From NCBI GenBank assembly GCA_964199315.1, contig OZ116699.1, positions 18,848,001-18,912,000 on the forward strand: DNA of 64,000 bases, in the 5' to 3' direction. The notes below the pieces were generated by a model, which was not told where the DNA came from, searched no databases, and saw only the letters and a program-made list of their open reading frames with translations. Numbering within the stretch: the first letter of the stretch is position 1; each line of letters starts with the position of its first letter. The position numbers and the translations under genes were made by a program. This DNA is from Orbicella franksi (lineage: Eukaryota). This document shows, one piece after another, positions 51,269-62,318 of this stretch.

Positions 51269-51686
51269 TTAATCTTCGTCTAACTTCGCCCTTTTATTGT
51301 TGCTAGTTTCCCTTCTTTGTTCATGGAGTTCAAAGATTTTGTTTGCAAACTCTATAGCTTCTTCCACGCCTTCGCATTTGCTCTTCCACAAGTCAGGAAT
51401 CTTGTCCAATCCCCAGTAAGCTCCACTTATCGCACCTGCCATGCTAGCGATTGTGTCTGTGTCCCCCCCTAAGGAGATGGCATAGTTTATGGACATGTCA
51501 AATGACACTCTGCCTTTGTGAAGGAATGAAAAGATGGCAGCAGGCACTGCTTCCTCAGCTCTTATCCCATTGCCAAATGTTTCTACAACAGTCTTAGTTT
51601 CCAAGTTGTCACCTTTACAAAGTAGCTCCTTCATCTCTTTGAACTTCCCAACATATACAGAATGTGAATGGGTTGTGCTGTGACCA
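51269..51686 (-). CDS. ADPRS: ARH3 exon 3
   Basis: Acceptor tattatttttctAG at 51688-51687. Contains [13 protein letters not shown]; stop at 51269. Confidence 0.9.
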
Positions 51687-54600
51687 CTAGAAAAATAATA
51701 ATAAAAAAAATAATAGAATAGGTTTATTCAATAAATTACTTACACATGTATTGTTTGTGTGTAACTACTGGGGTAGGATGTACACAAGTCAAACATGTCA
51801 CTATAGAATAATTGTTATAAAATAAGGCAGATGCTAAATCATGCAGCCCTGACAACATGTACCCTACATTGCACAATATACTTGGAGTAAAATCCGTTTT
51901 TAACATTTAACATTATATATTTTTAAAATCTCCACCAAGCTTATTACATGTATATACATACCCTCATTTTCTCCACACATTCTGCCACAATATATGAACC
52001 GAATAATTCAACCAGCTCCCATAAGTCTGTGTTACCCTTGGTAGCCCAGGGGGGCTCTCACATAAAGAGGACAGGGGTGCTCATTGGAAATTTTGAACAG
52101 AGCCCCTGAGAGTTACCAAGAAACTGTTTTATGGGTGTGGCTTAAAATCTTACCCCTAAGAGGTACCAATGCCAAAACAACCCATTAAATGACACTGACT
52201 TCTTTGGGCTCAATACTGTAAAACGTAACGTGAAAGCTTCCGTTGTGGGCCTAAGAGGTACAGACCCGCTTTTTAACCCCTAAAAAGTATGAGGAGCACC
52301 CCCGTCCCTTTTATATGGGAGTCCCCCCAGGTTGGTAGTTCAATTATCATACAGAGTGGCTCACAAGTCATAGGTTTAACTTCTGTTGAATTTTATTTCT
52401 GAGTACTAGCTTGCCTCACTGATTGATTACATATCACATTTCTCTTGTATTTCTACCAATTTTGGATTCACTATAGTCCAGATATTATCTGTAGAGTAAG
52501 CTATACATTGGTATTGTATGCCTGAGAATGCAGCTTTATATCCTAGTGGTGAGACATGAGAACATTGGAAGGTGTGGCCTAACCTGTTTTCTTTTTTCTC
52601 AATGGGTGCTTCTTTCTCTTTCTCAAGTTCTTCTGCCACCTCCAAAATCTCATCAATAAATTTGTTTGTGTTCACGTTTGGAGGTTCCAGAGACAGTGCT
52701 TTAAATACTGCCAATGCTTGTAAGATAGCACCATTAACACCATTGATGTGAGCATGTGTTATCAGAGCATTCTCTCTGGCATTCTATTAAGATAAAAGGA
52801 AAAGGGATGCAGTTATAATTGGAAAAGAATAATTTATTTAAGACTCTTACCCATTTCTGACCAATGCAGAATCTTCATTCTCCTTAATTAATGCTCTACC
52901 TATGGCTGAAGTGTTCATGGTGGTAAATTTGTAACACGTTCCAGAAAATATCCATACTCATGGAAGGTTAGTTGAAATTCCAAGGTGGAGGGGTCTCAAA
53001 AGCCAAATTTTTAAAAGAAAATCTAACCAAACTGGAATTATCAGAGGGATTGGGGAGGGTGGGGAATGGCAGGGATTCAAACCAAAAAACTCTCTCTTGG
53101 AGGAGTATGGATATTTTCTGAATGAACACAAAGAGAAATTTGTTTAAAACTACAAGTAGACTCAAATTTCCAGTCCTTACTTCATATTGGAGAGTACAAT
53201 AGTCAGTTCACCGAGAATCAATCTAAACCTTCTAATTTGGTTTCTAAAAAAACACAGCAATGAATCCTGCAATCTGATTGGTTCCTAGTGCAACACGGAT
53301 TTTCCTATCTCTACCAACAATCATTATAATGCTTTTGTGAGTTTTATCAGAGTGATTTGAGGGAAAGAGGAAAAAAGAAATGTTATTATCTTGGTTAGGG
53401 ATACATCTGTCCATACAGTGAAACACTTTGACCTTGAACTTGAAAATGCTGCCTGAATTTGGGTAACATTTTCAAGACATATACAGACCCCTCAGCTGGC
53501 AAATAACATATTTATTCACAATATTTGTTTGTTTATATAGGGGCCTCAATGTTAACCCTGGATGGCTGGACTGCTCCAGGCTGCTCAATCCAGAGTCTAG
53601 TGCACTTTTTGAGTTACCACTGGGCCACTGGACCACTCACACATGTAAGCTTGCCCCAGCGGGTGGGGGGTGTGAATGAGCTAAATGGGGACCGCTGAAA
53701 AAGTCCAAATTATGGTCTACAAGGTAACCAATTGTTTGACACAAATATGAGAACAATGGATTTTTTTTAACCTTCAAAAAGTCCCTGCAAAATGTATCAT
53801 CCCCAAAACCTCACTGTTCCCCAAAATTCTGACCTCTCAAAACACTCCAAACCAGCCCCAAAAAGGGCTTTGCGCCCCCCTGTCAATTTTGCCATTAACA
53901 TCCCCCTCCTGTCAGGCATGCTTGATTATATTTGTCCCTACCCCAGAGTGCCTGGGCAGGTAGAAGTTTTTGTTGCACCATGTAATGTATCAATCAACCC
54001 ACATCAAAATCATACTCCTGGTACATCCTGGGCATTTGACTAGCTGATAGGACCCTGGGAAATTTGACACCATTGGCCTTGAAGTCATCATGATGGTGAA
54101 GCTGGACAGCACAGTTCTCTATAAGATTGTGTCTTGAAAAGTAGGCCATCAAAAGCTTTGTGCTGTGTTTGAAGGTTATAAAGCTTTGCTTGACCAACTG
54201 GCTGAAAATTCCAGATGTAAAATGCCTGGTTATCCCAGATTGGAGGGGGTGGTGGGTGAATGTTGAAGTTTAAAACTGACCTGTATATATTAGCCAGAAG
54301 AAAAATTAAAGTAAATAATATCTTACTATTTTTGTCCACTTTCTTGGTTCATTTGACTTACAGTACTTGTCTGGAATGCCAGCCACATATATATAGTGCG
54401 GTACAGCGTGTAATCCCGTAGGACTTTCGTGCCGAAATTGATTTTTTTCGCCGTTTTGCACTTATTTTGGGCCGAACAATAAGAATCCGATGGGGTTCAA
54501 ATTTTCCGATCCCGTCTTCCCATGTTTCTGGCTACTCTAAGGATTTAATTTATGTTAATTTATGCCAATTAGATGCAAAAAAAGTCTTGCGAATATCTTT

Positions 54601-57600
54601 GCTCTTAGATTCAAGATACAGGGACCAAATGTTATACGAAGCTTACTTTTGATGACGTATGTCGTATGACTTGGTTACCATGGCAACCAGCGATGACGTC
54701 AGGTTTAACTACCTGCTATTTTGGTGGCGGCCATCTTGGATCCACCATCTTGGATTTTTGAACTCTCGTTTTTCTAAAGCAAAACAGTGAATTTTAAATA
54801 AACTTTAACTAACGAATGATTTCCGTTATGAGCGATGTCCAGTTAAGTGCAGAACTTTCTTTTATTTTCCTTTTTTGCTAAACACATGTACTCTTTCAGT
54901 TTCTCATACAAAAATATCATTGATTTTTGTTAGTCCCATAGTAAGAACGCCGACGCTTTTCGTCTTCTTTCTGTTATGTATAATACTAATGTACAGCTCC
55001 GTTAAAAGTGTTCATGCATAAAATGTGACTTAAGTGCTTACGCACGAAGACCATCCTCGTCATCAACTCGTTTGCCGTCTGTGAATGGATTTGTACAGGT
55101 TTTTCCAAAGCATTAACAAAGAGGAGTGCATGGAATTCCGTTCTTGAAACAGCTACAGAGTCCCTTGCAGTCTGACTTGCAGCCGCATTTGGTAAGCTCA
55201 ATAACAACTCGGGATGCAGGGAGAGACAAGCATTAGGGATCAGCAGGTGTTGCATTCACTAGATGAGCGCAACAAAATCAAACTACATTTGATTTTATTA
55301 TTGTAAACCATGACGAGCTTGATGATTGTGTTGCTGGAGAAGCACGCTAATAATCTATTGGCGAACAAAGTGACCAGTCTCAGCTTTTTCATAGCGTCCC
55401 ATGAGGAGTGCTTAGAAGAATGCAACAGTCTGTCTTCAAAAAATACTTCAAATCGCTTTTGGCCCTTCTCTGCGTAGCACAGGATATCTTCCTTTGCTTT
55501 TTCAGGCACAAGAGCTGACGACAACACACTCTTCAAGGCAGACTCAACTGTAAATGGGTTGCCTTTGCAGTGCAGCTGTATCGACTGGCGGAGTTTCATT
55601 GCGTTTTTTTGCGTTCTTACGGCAACATCGCAAGAGAGCTGATAGTGCTCGTTCCGCTCAGAAGCCTCGGACACTTAAGGAAAGCATTTCATTGCTTTAC
55701 CATACAGTAGAGATCCAGTGATGTGACAAGAAGGTGATCTAGGGCGGCTTTGTCTTGACTTAACCCGAACATACCTCCGTGGTGCTTTAATACTTTGAGC
55801 TCCTGTTCTAGCGACTGATCTGTGAACAACCTTGTGAACAGGATCTCTGACTTCGCTACAACAAAATCCTCGGACTTCAATGCCTCATATGTCATAAGGT
55901 CCTCCTGCTCAAGTGCGTTAATCTGCGCGAGGTGGACTGGCATTAGCCGAGCGTAGTTGAAGAGATCGTGCGAGAAGAAGTACTTTATCAGGCATTCCAT
56001 CGCTGCCAGGTAGCGTTCCCAGTCCCCAGAGTGGCAAGCATGAATGAGCTGTAACAGGTTGTGCAATTACTTGAGATACTCTATCATAAATCGCGCAAGA
56101 TTTCAAGTCCTTGTTCTTCACGGTCTTGTGGTTTGACCATTTCAGAGTACCAGGGCTCGTCATAGATGTTAACCATTTCTGGACTGCGCTCGTGGAGGGC
56201 TCCTTTAAAGGATACGAAGATACGAATAGAGTGTTTCATTTTATCCAGATGTTCACCATTCTCTGCGTTAGCCTTGCCTAAATAATTTCCATTTCAAACA
56301 TGCCATCGGGAGGAAAAAACTAAACTTTATTATGCCCATCACTGTGCTTCCTGCGCTCACGATTTGGCACATGTGAAATGCCACGTCTAAATCAAATGCC
56401 GCATGTGTTTAATTCCAAGCGACTCAAATTGGTATTTGATTCAGTGCATATGAAATTTGACGTCTAAACCAGGCCTAAGTGAGAAAAAAAAAAACAGCTG
56501 TAAAACTCCAAACTCTAGGCATGTTTCGCAATTTTAAGCCCTGAAAAGAAACTTGTCAGTTCCAGCAGCATATGTTATCATTCGTTACTTAGGGTGCGTT
56601 TCTTTGTTAAGATCATTCCCCAATATTGCACTGCGCATCCCTGCTGCGCATAATTTCACACGTGATTAGTGCGCGTGCATTAAAAAATGGCAGCTTTTTC
56701 TTTACGGTTGGTCCTCGCCATAGAGGTAAATTGTTATTTCCTCGAAAACGACTACGGTGACCTATCATTTTTTTCTGTTGTTTTGAATTGAGTAATAAAT
56801 TTCTCTGTGTAAAATAAATATGAACCAATTCTCAGTGTAGAACAAGAAACAATCGTCGGAAACGTGAAGTTAGCAAACAATTGTGACTATAATCATGGTG
56901 CTATTATAAGGATTTATTAGGTACAAACAAGGTGCTGTTGCTCCTAAACGAACATGGGGACCTCTCATTTTTATTTCAAAATTTAAGTTCCTATAATATA
57001 AACAATCAATAGGCAAAGTTTGACAAAAATCTCAGTGCAGGTTCTGTTCCATTGGAATGACCTTAAGAAAATCCAAGATTGGACTTTTAAATCCGAAAAC
57101 GAATTTTGCGTTTCTTTACTAAACAGATCAACCCGAGATCACTCAGATCATGATGCATCAAAGGAACCGAAAAATCCTTGCCCAGAGTGGATTCTTCGGT
57201 TCCTTGATCCGATAGATCTTAGATTAATCTGTTTAGAAAAGAAACGCAAAATCCGTTTTCAGATTTAAGAATCCAATCTTGGATTTTCTGAAAGAAACCT
57301 ACCCTAAAAGTTTATTAAAAATGCACTGTTTTCCTTTAGAAGTACGAGAGTTCGAGAATCCAAGATGGCGGATCCAAGATGGCCGCCACCAAAATAGTAG
57401 GTAGTTAATCCTGACGTCATCGCTGGTTGCCATGGCAACCAATCTAAGTCATACGACAAACGTCATCAAGAGCAAGCTTGTGTAACGTTTGGTCCCTTTA
57501 CCTTGAATCTAAGAGCAAAGACATTTGCAAAACCTGTTTTTGCATCCAATTAGCATACATTAGCATAAATTTAGTCATTGAGGAGCCAGAAACATGGGAA

Positions 57601-59094
57601 GACGGGATCGGAAAATTTGAACCCCATCGGATTCTTATTATTCTACCCAAAATTAGTGCAAAATAGCGAAAAATTCAATTTCGGCACGAAAGTCCTACGG
57701 GAGCGATTTTGTGGACATACCGGACCGCACTATTTTATACAATCATGTTTTCTGATTTCACATCCTAACTACTGTGTAATGATTCAATTTAGTACAAGGG
57801 GCACTAATTTACTTTTGGTAGCACAAGGTAAAGGTGCTTATTACATGTTGGAATAGGACGCTTATTTGGTCTTAGATAGCTCTCAACAAATAACCCAAGA
57901 AATGTAACAATGGTCCAGCAACACTCAAAACACCATTCTCATGTTTATTCCAAGGTCTCTGAAGTCTACATCTCACTATGGCAAAAGGGGTCTTAAAGCC
58001 CTTTTCTTGTCTGCTTTACAATGTAATCCAACCATGGATGTAAGGCAATTCTGGGCAGAAACTAGAAAATTGTCTGGAAATGCCCCACATTCATGTTTGA
58101 TTATAGTGTAATGCAAATGAGAAAAGTTACCCATGGTCCCAGGGGGTACTCCCAGAAAAGTTGGGTGGTGGTGTGCAACCCACTTCCCAAAACCCTTACC
58201 CTATTTATGACCCAACCAAAAATTTGATACCCTATTTAGGACCATAGTTGCCCTAAACATAAGTTACAAAGGGCTTTTGTTGATGGTCTTATCGATAATG
58301 CTGAAAAAGTAGCTTTTTCTAATAATAACATACCTCATTCAAGACTAGAGTGCAAAAAGCATACCTTATTTATAACCAAAATGGCCAAAATTGATACCCT
58401 ATTTATGACCAAAACAGTCAAAAAACCATACCCTTTAGGGCTGCACATACCTATATAGCCCATATAAGGGAATACCTCCAGGGCCCATGGTAATGGCTAT
58501 TGGAAGGGGCATGCTTATTGGAATAAGGGTACTTATCAGGAAAAAAACCCAGCACCCAATTCAGGGTGCTCGCTAAATTGAATAATTAGGTTCCTAGTTG
58601 TAGCTATGCTTCTGTCAGTTTTCATTGTGGTCATCACTCACCTTTTGCACTTCTGCAGAAGTTTGACTAAAAAGTGCCACAGGTGAGATTCTCATAGCTG
58701 CACCGTTACCATAGGAACCTTGCCCATCAAACTGACTCCGGGCTGGAAGTGTCACGTCGTCGGGATTCTCATCCCGCAACCGCTCGAACACCGTCCCGAC
58801 AGCTGCGCCGTAACCGCGGCCAGGTTCCCGAAAGAACTCCTCCACAAACTCCTGGGCCATGCTTCGATTGTCATATTTCGTCTGCTCCGTTAAAGACTTG
58901 CAGATTGCTCGAGTCATCGCCGAGTCGTCTGTGTAATTGATGGGCTCTTTGTTGTCTTTGATTTTGGTTAACGTGTAATCTGTGACTTCGCCCCAGGGAA
59001 GAATGAAAGGAGTGCCTTCGTAGTGAGATCCAAGGCAATCGCCGACCAAGGCACCAACTAGTGTACCGCGATATTTGTTTAACATTCTATTCAT
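51269..59094 (-). CDS. ADPRS: ADP-ribosylhydrolase ARH3 (poly(ADP-ribose)/Ser-ADP-ribose glycohydrolase), ~356 aa; exons 59094-58642, 52783-52584, 51686-51269
   Basis: Motifs [32 protein letters not shown] and [21 protein letters not shown] are characteristic of the ADP-ribosylglycohydrolase family and ARH3. The spliced frame is open (453+200+418 = 1071 nt) with phase 0 and phase 2 GT-AG introns. Confidence 0.9.
52045..52331. mobile_element. MITE with CCCAGGGGGG..CCCCCCAGG termini in ARH3 intron 2
   Basis: TIR cccaggggggctctcacataaagaggacaggggtgctc vs gagcacccccgtcccttttatatgggagtccccccagg. ttggtag occurs on both flanks (7-8-bp TSD). Confidence 0.75.
52584..52783 (-). CDS. ADPRS: ARH3 exon 2
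   Basis: Acceptor ccttttatcttaatAG and donor AG|GTTAGG. Translates as [26 protein letters not shown]...KKEN. Confidence 0.85.
52934..53129. mobile_element. Short MITE with TTCCAGAAAATATCCATAC TIR
   Basis: gttccagaaaatatccatactc at the left and gagtatggatattttctgaa at the right. Confidence 0.6.
55038..56190 (-). pseudogene. Transposase-like remnant with NYAR...DQSLEQ..K..GG..GL block and C-terminal CXC-type Cys cluster
   Basis: Three fragments lie in different frames: [56 protein letters not shown], and (55232-55038) [48 protein letters not shown]. In-frame stops and frameshifts are present. Confidence 0.75.
56592..57304. mobile_element. Nested PIF/Harbinger-like non-autonomous element
   Basis: Termini GGGTGCGTTTCTTT and AAAGAAACCTACCC, flanked by TTA and TAA. 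57063-57290 is an internal long hairpin (aaaatccaagattgga...tccaatcttggatttt). Confidence 0.55.
58138..58483. mobile_element. MITE (same family as 3670-4070) with exact 8-bp TSD
   Basis: cccagggggtactcccagaaaagttggg...gaatacctccaggg, flanked on both sides by CCCATGGT. Confidence 0.82.
58642..59094 (-). CDS. ADPRS: ARH3 exon 1
   Basis: ATG at 59094 (alternative Met at 59085) and donor AAG|GTGAGT at 58641. Contains GDCLG, YTDD and GNGAAMR. Confidence 0.92.
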
Positions 59095-59260
59095 TTTGTT
59101 GCAGGGACCTTTTCCAAAACTTTCTTACATGTACACTTTTCACTTCCGTGTTCAGAAAGAGGATTGACCAGCGGTCTTACATTATGTCCCATCGGCAAAA
59201 GCGAGCTTGTTCGCTCAAATGTCATGGCGGCAAAATTGTGTCCTTACATTATGTAACAAC
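59095..59260. promoter_or_regulatory. Compact bidirectional promoter region between ARH3 and the plus-strand ORF
   Basis: Divergent ATGs at 59094 (-) and 59219/59261 (+). ETS-type CACTTCCG at 59141 and YY1-like CATGGCGGC at about 59223. Confidence 0.55.
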
Positions 59261-60112
59261 ATGTTCTCATTTCGGATTTTTTCGAGCAAACTATGCTGTG
59301 TCTCGAGGACTTTACTTGCTAATTCGAAGATAAATAGATTTAGTTCAAGTTTTTCACGCTCGTTCTCAGAGACTATAGAAAGAATCAAGGAATTGCTGGC
59401 TGCCAAATCCAACGATGAGGTGAGAAGCAAAACTACGCGGCTTTTCGTGGGAACAGGGCAATATTACGAACACGAGACCAACGAACGGGTTATTATCCTG
59501 TCCCTAGGAGACGATGAAAACACGAGGCCACCGTTTATGCTACACGATACTACTCTACACCGCGATGAGGTGGTAAAGTTAGAGCATGAACTGAATTCTT
59601 TGCCACTGGTCGGGTTACTTCATTCTGGGGAGTTAGACAGTGTGCAGGACTCGCCTTGGAAATTCGGATTTGTTCATAAACCAGTCTTTTCGATCTTCTC
59701 AGCTTCTGGATTTTGCTGCCAGCTTCGGCAATCAAATTCAGAAGGAAGATACTTTAGAATCTTTGATGAACATGTGCATGAAGATATCCCCCTATCAGGT
59801 ATTGATCACATCCAGGTGTTCCTCTCCCCTGAACCATGGGAGGAGAGAAAACTACGGCTCAAAATGAAAAATGGAGATGTTGTCAGCATCGTCGAGGACC
59901 GTGAAGAGAACATGTACAATGACGATGGCTTGGCTTCTCTGATGCTCACCACTGAATGGATGGTGAAGGCTGCTGGTCATTTGTGTTTAACAGCGAGACA
60001 GTTTGGAGACACCAAGGTGTCACTAAAACTTCCTTCTGTTCTTAGAGCTGATGTCAACCCATGGGTTGCAATGAGAAATAAAATATGGGCTGAAAAGAGC
60101 AATGAAAATTGA
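59219..60112 (+). CDS. Intronless protein of unknown function (~283-297 aa) with a mitochondrial-presequence-like N-terminus
   Basis: By far the longest uninterrupted ORF in the window, with protein-like composition. The N-terminal ~50 aa are rich in R/S/F/L with no acidic residue before E51. No family recognised. Confidence 0.75.
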   Translation: MSWRQNCVLTLCNNMFSFRIFSSKLCCVSRTLLANSKINRFSSSFSRSFSETIERIKELLAAKSNDEVRSKTTRLFVGTGQYYEHETNERVIILSLGDDENTRPPFMLHDTTLHRDEVVKLEHELNSLPLVGLLHSGELDSVQDSPWKFGFVHKPVFSIFSASGFCCQLRQSNSEGRYFRIFDEHVHEDIPLSGIDHIQVFLSPEPWEERKLRLKMKNGDVVSIVEDREENMYNDDGLASLMLTTEWMVKAAGHLCLTARQFGDTKVSLKLPSVLRADVNPWVAMRNKIWAEKSNEN

Positions 60113-60892
60113 GAACAGAAGAATTGGCTCCGGAGAATACATTCAGGTAGGGTTCAACAACTGTTCAATACTTCATTAACCTGCAAACAGGCTCCTGGCG
60201 AGGCAGGGAAAAAATACTCAGTGGGCGAAGCAAACGGTTTGGGGCAGGGAGCTTGTAGACTTTGTTTTTGATGCGTCAATCCATCCTGGTGATTGGCTTG
60301 TGACAAATCAGTCAAGAAGGTAATTAGAACTGTCAAAATTTGTTTTTCCCCACACTGATGCAACAGCTTTTGACAACACTCTCCTGCTGGGACATTGTTT
60401 ACAGCATGGAATATTTTTTTCTGAACTGCCTTGCCTTTTTTTGTGCTGGACAAGTCTTTTGTTTGGCTCATCCCTACATGTTAAAAACAAGCCATTGCAG
60501 TGAGCCTTTGGAGAAGTTGAAGGATTCACCTGATCAGTGTTCCAATCTGCCTGGAATTCCATGTAAACTTGTAAACTGTGCATTGCACCCAGACGCCATC
60601 TTTCTTGGCAAAAATTATCCAAATTTTTGAGCAGTCATCAAGATTCTTCAATATTTATCTAAAAGGCAAATTAAAGCTGTCAACATTCAGCAATTTAACC
60701 AATCAGATCATGTACCAGTTTCTGGTATCATGGAATGGTAGCATCAATATAAGCAGTAGTAGTAGTAACAATCTTTTATTAGGAAGCTCCATCACTAAAA
60801 GTGGTTTACATAGAGGTCCTAATACTAGATATATACTATATAATGATACAATTAAAATCTATAAATTAGAGCTAAAACCGAAATATCAAAAG

Positions 60893-61039
60893 CCACTTTT
60901 AATATATTAAAATTCAGCTTGATTGTGAGGCCTAGAGGACACAAACCAAAGAAATGAATAAACATGGTCATTCAATTTCCTTTGTTTGTGTCCTCTAAGC
61001 CTCACTGTCAAGCTGAATTTTAATATATCGAAAGTGGTA
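60893..61039. repeat. Palindromic MITE-like hairpin
   Basis: ccacttt.aatatattaaaattcagcttga.tgtgaggc.tagaggacacaaac pairs with gtttgtgtcctctaagcctcac.gtcaagctgaattttaatatat.gaaagtgg. Confidence 0.7.
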
Positions 61040-61930
61040 TACAGAATGTCTACCGGCTCCCCCATCCGCACTGCTCACTTTGCTTGCTGAATTCTTTTTT
61101 CTGCGCTTGGCGGGAGCCTGTTTGTAGGCTAATACTTCAATGAAACTGTTTCTGAAGTTGTTGTTATTCTACAGTATTGCTTTCTGCCGGTATTCTTCTT
61201 GTGTTTACTGCAATCCTACCAATAGGTGTAATGCAATGCTATACCTGTGACAAAAATAATTTGCTATGTAGTTTGTATCCTAGTGAGTCAATACTTCAGG
61301 GCATACACGTATATAGCTTACCTAGCTGGAGTTTAGTTGAATCAAATGCCCATTCCCATGGGTTGATTTATGGTCATGTGGCAATGGCTAAATCTAAATG
61401 TTACCTGGCAGGCTACAATTAAGCAATTGTCACCAACTTTCTCACCAAGCATAGGTTACTTTTACTTACAACTTTATGCTAAACTCCAGCTTTATAACCA
61501 AACACTTAATCACCAGTCCCTCGTGAAACAGTTAGTTTAATTTGTTTTCCCTCAAATCTCAATGTTTCCCAGATGAAGTCGAGGAAAACTGTTTCCCAAG
61601 AGACCAATGATTAAGTGTATAGTTTTGACCTAGCTAAGCTAAAATCTTTGCTTATCCTGAGTTTGTGTAACACAAGGAAGGAGAATTTCCTTTCGTAAAT
61701 GTACTGTGCAGGACAGATGTAAGTCGACAATCGATACTCTCAAGATTGGAGAATTAAAAGAGATTGCCCACATTGGCCCAGTACTGTACATGAGCTGGAT
61801 AACACACTGTGAATTGAAAAGTGGTTTTGATCACATTGCTATCTGATGGCAGCAGAAGACCAGACAAATGGCATGGTTTTTATGCTGTTCAACACAGCTG
61901 GACTTCCAGGGTCATTTTCAATTAGCATAA

Positions 61931-62318
61931 AATTGAACCTCCACTAACGGCCACCTCTCTACAACGGCCACTTTTTTTTGTTCAAGTAGACAGTCCATAC
62001 TTTCAGTCTTATTTCAACCTCTCTACAATGGCCAACTCTCCACAATGGCAACGGCCACTAAAACGCATTTAAAATGAAAACGACTGACAAATGGTGTACA
62101 CAGAAGGTCACCAAACTTGATCTGTACCAGGATTTGTTGTTCTCTGTTTCTGATTAGTTGCTGTGTTATTGATAATATGCTAAAATAAGCGTTTTTTTTG
62201 GTACTCCCGAAAAGATCAGGTGTCATATTACACCCCTACCCTCCATAACGGCCACCTCTCAACAATGAGCACTTTCCTCTGTTCCCAAGGTGACAAATGG
62301 TGAAGAGGTTTGACTGTA
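61931..62318. mobile_element. Tc1/mariner(pogo)-like MITE
   Basis: The right end agaggtttgactgTA and left end ttgaacctcc match CAGT(C/T)(A/G)AACCTC-type TIRs with a TA target. Repeated acggccacctctct subterminal motifs. Confidence 0.55.

Larger units (their letters stand above)
54415..57701 (-). mobile_element. Decayed, internally deleted DNA transposon with ~390-bp TIRs in ARH3 intron 1
   Basis: 54415-54805 is an imperfect reverse complement of 57308-57701 (termini CCCGTAGGACTTTCGTGCCGAAATTGA). The interior has frameshifted and stop-interrupted transposase-like frames on the minus strand, including a Cys-rich C-terminus. Confidence 0.82.

Noticed and set aside
52427-52583. ORF read-through beyond ARH3 exon 2
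   Set aside because: It continues past a good phase-2 donor into intron. Using the donor restores the frame with exon 3 and the catalytic DTDT motif.
53555-53635. tRNA-like sequence
   Set aside because: A degenerate reverse-oriented SINE head; no intact cloverleaf or anticodon arm could be built.
54467-57856. Short ORFs at 54467, 57020, 57478 and 57578
   Set aside because: They fall inside the transposon TIRs or the nested hairpin element.
60340-60630. 96-aa plus-strand ORF after the unknown gene
   Set aside because: It reads like the antisense of the opposite frame or UTR sequence, with no motif.
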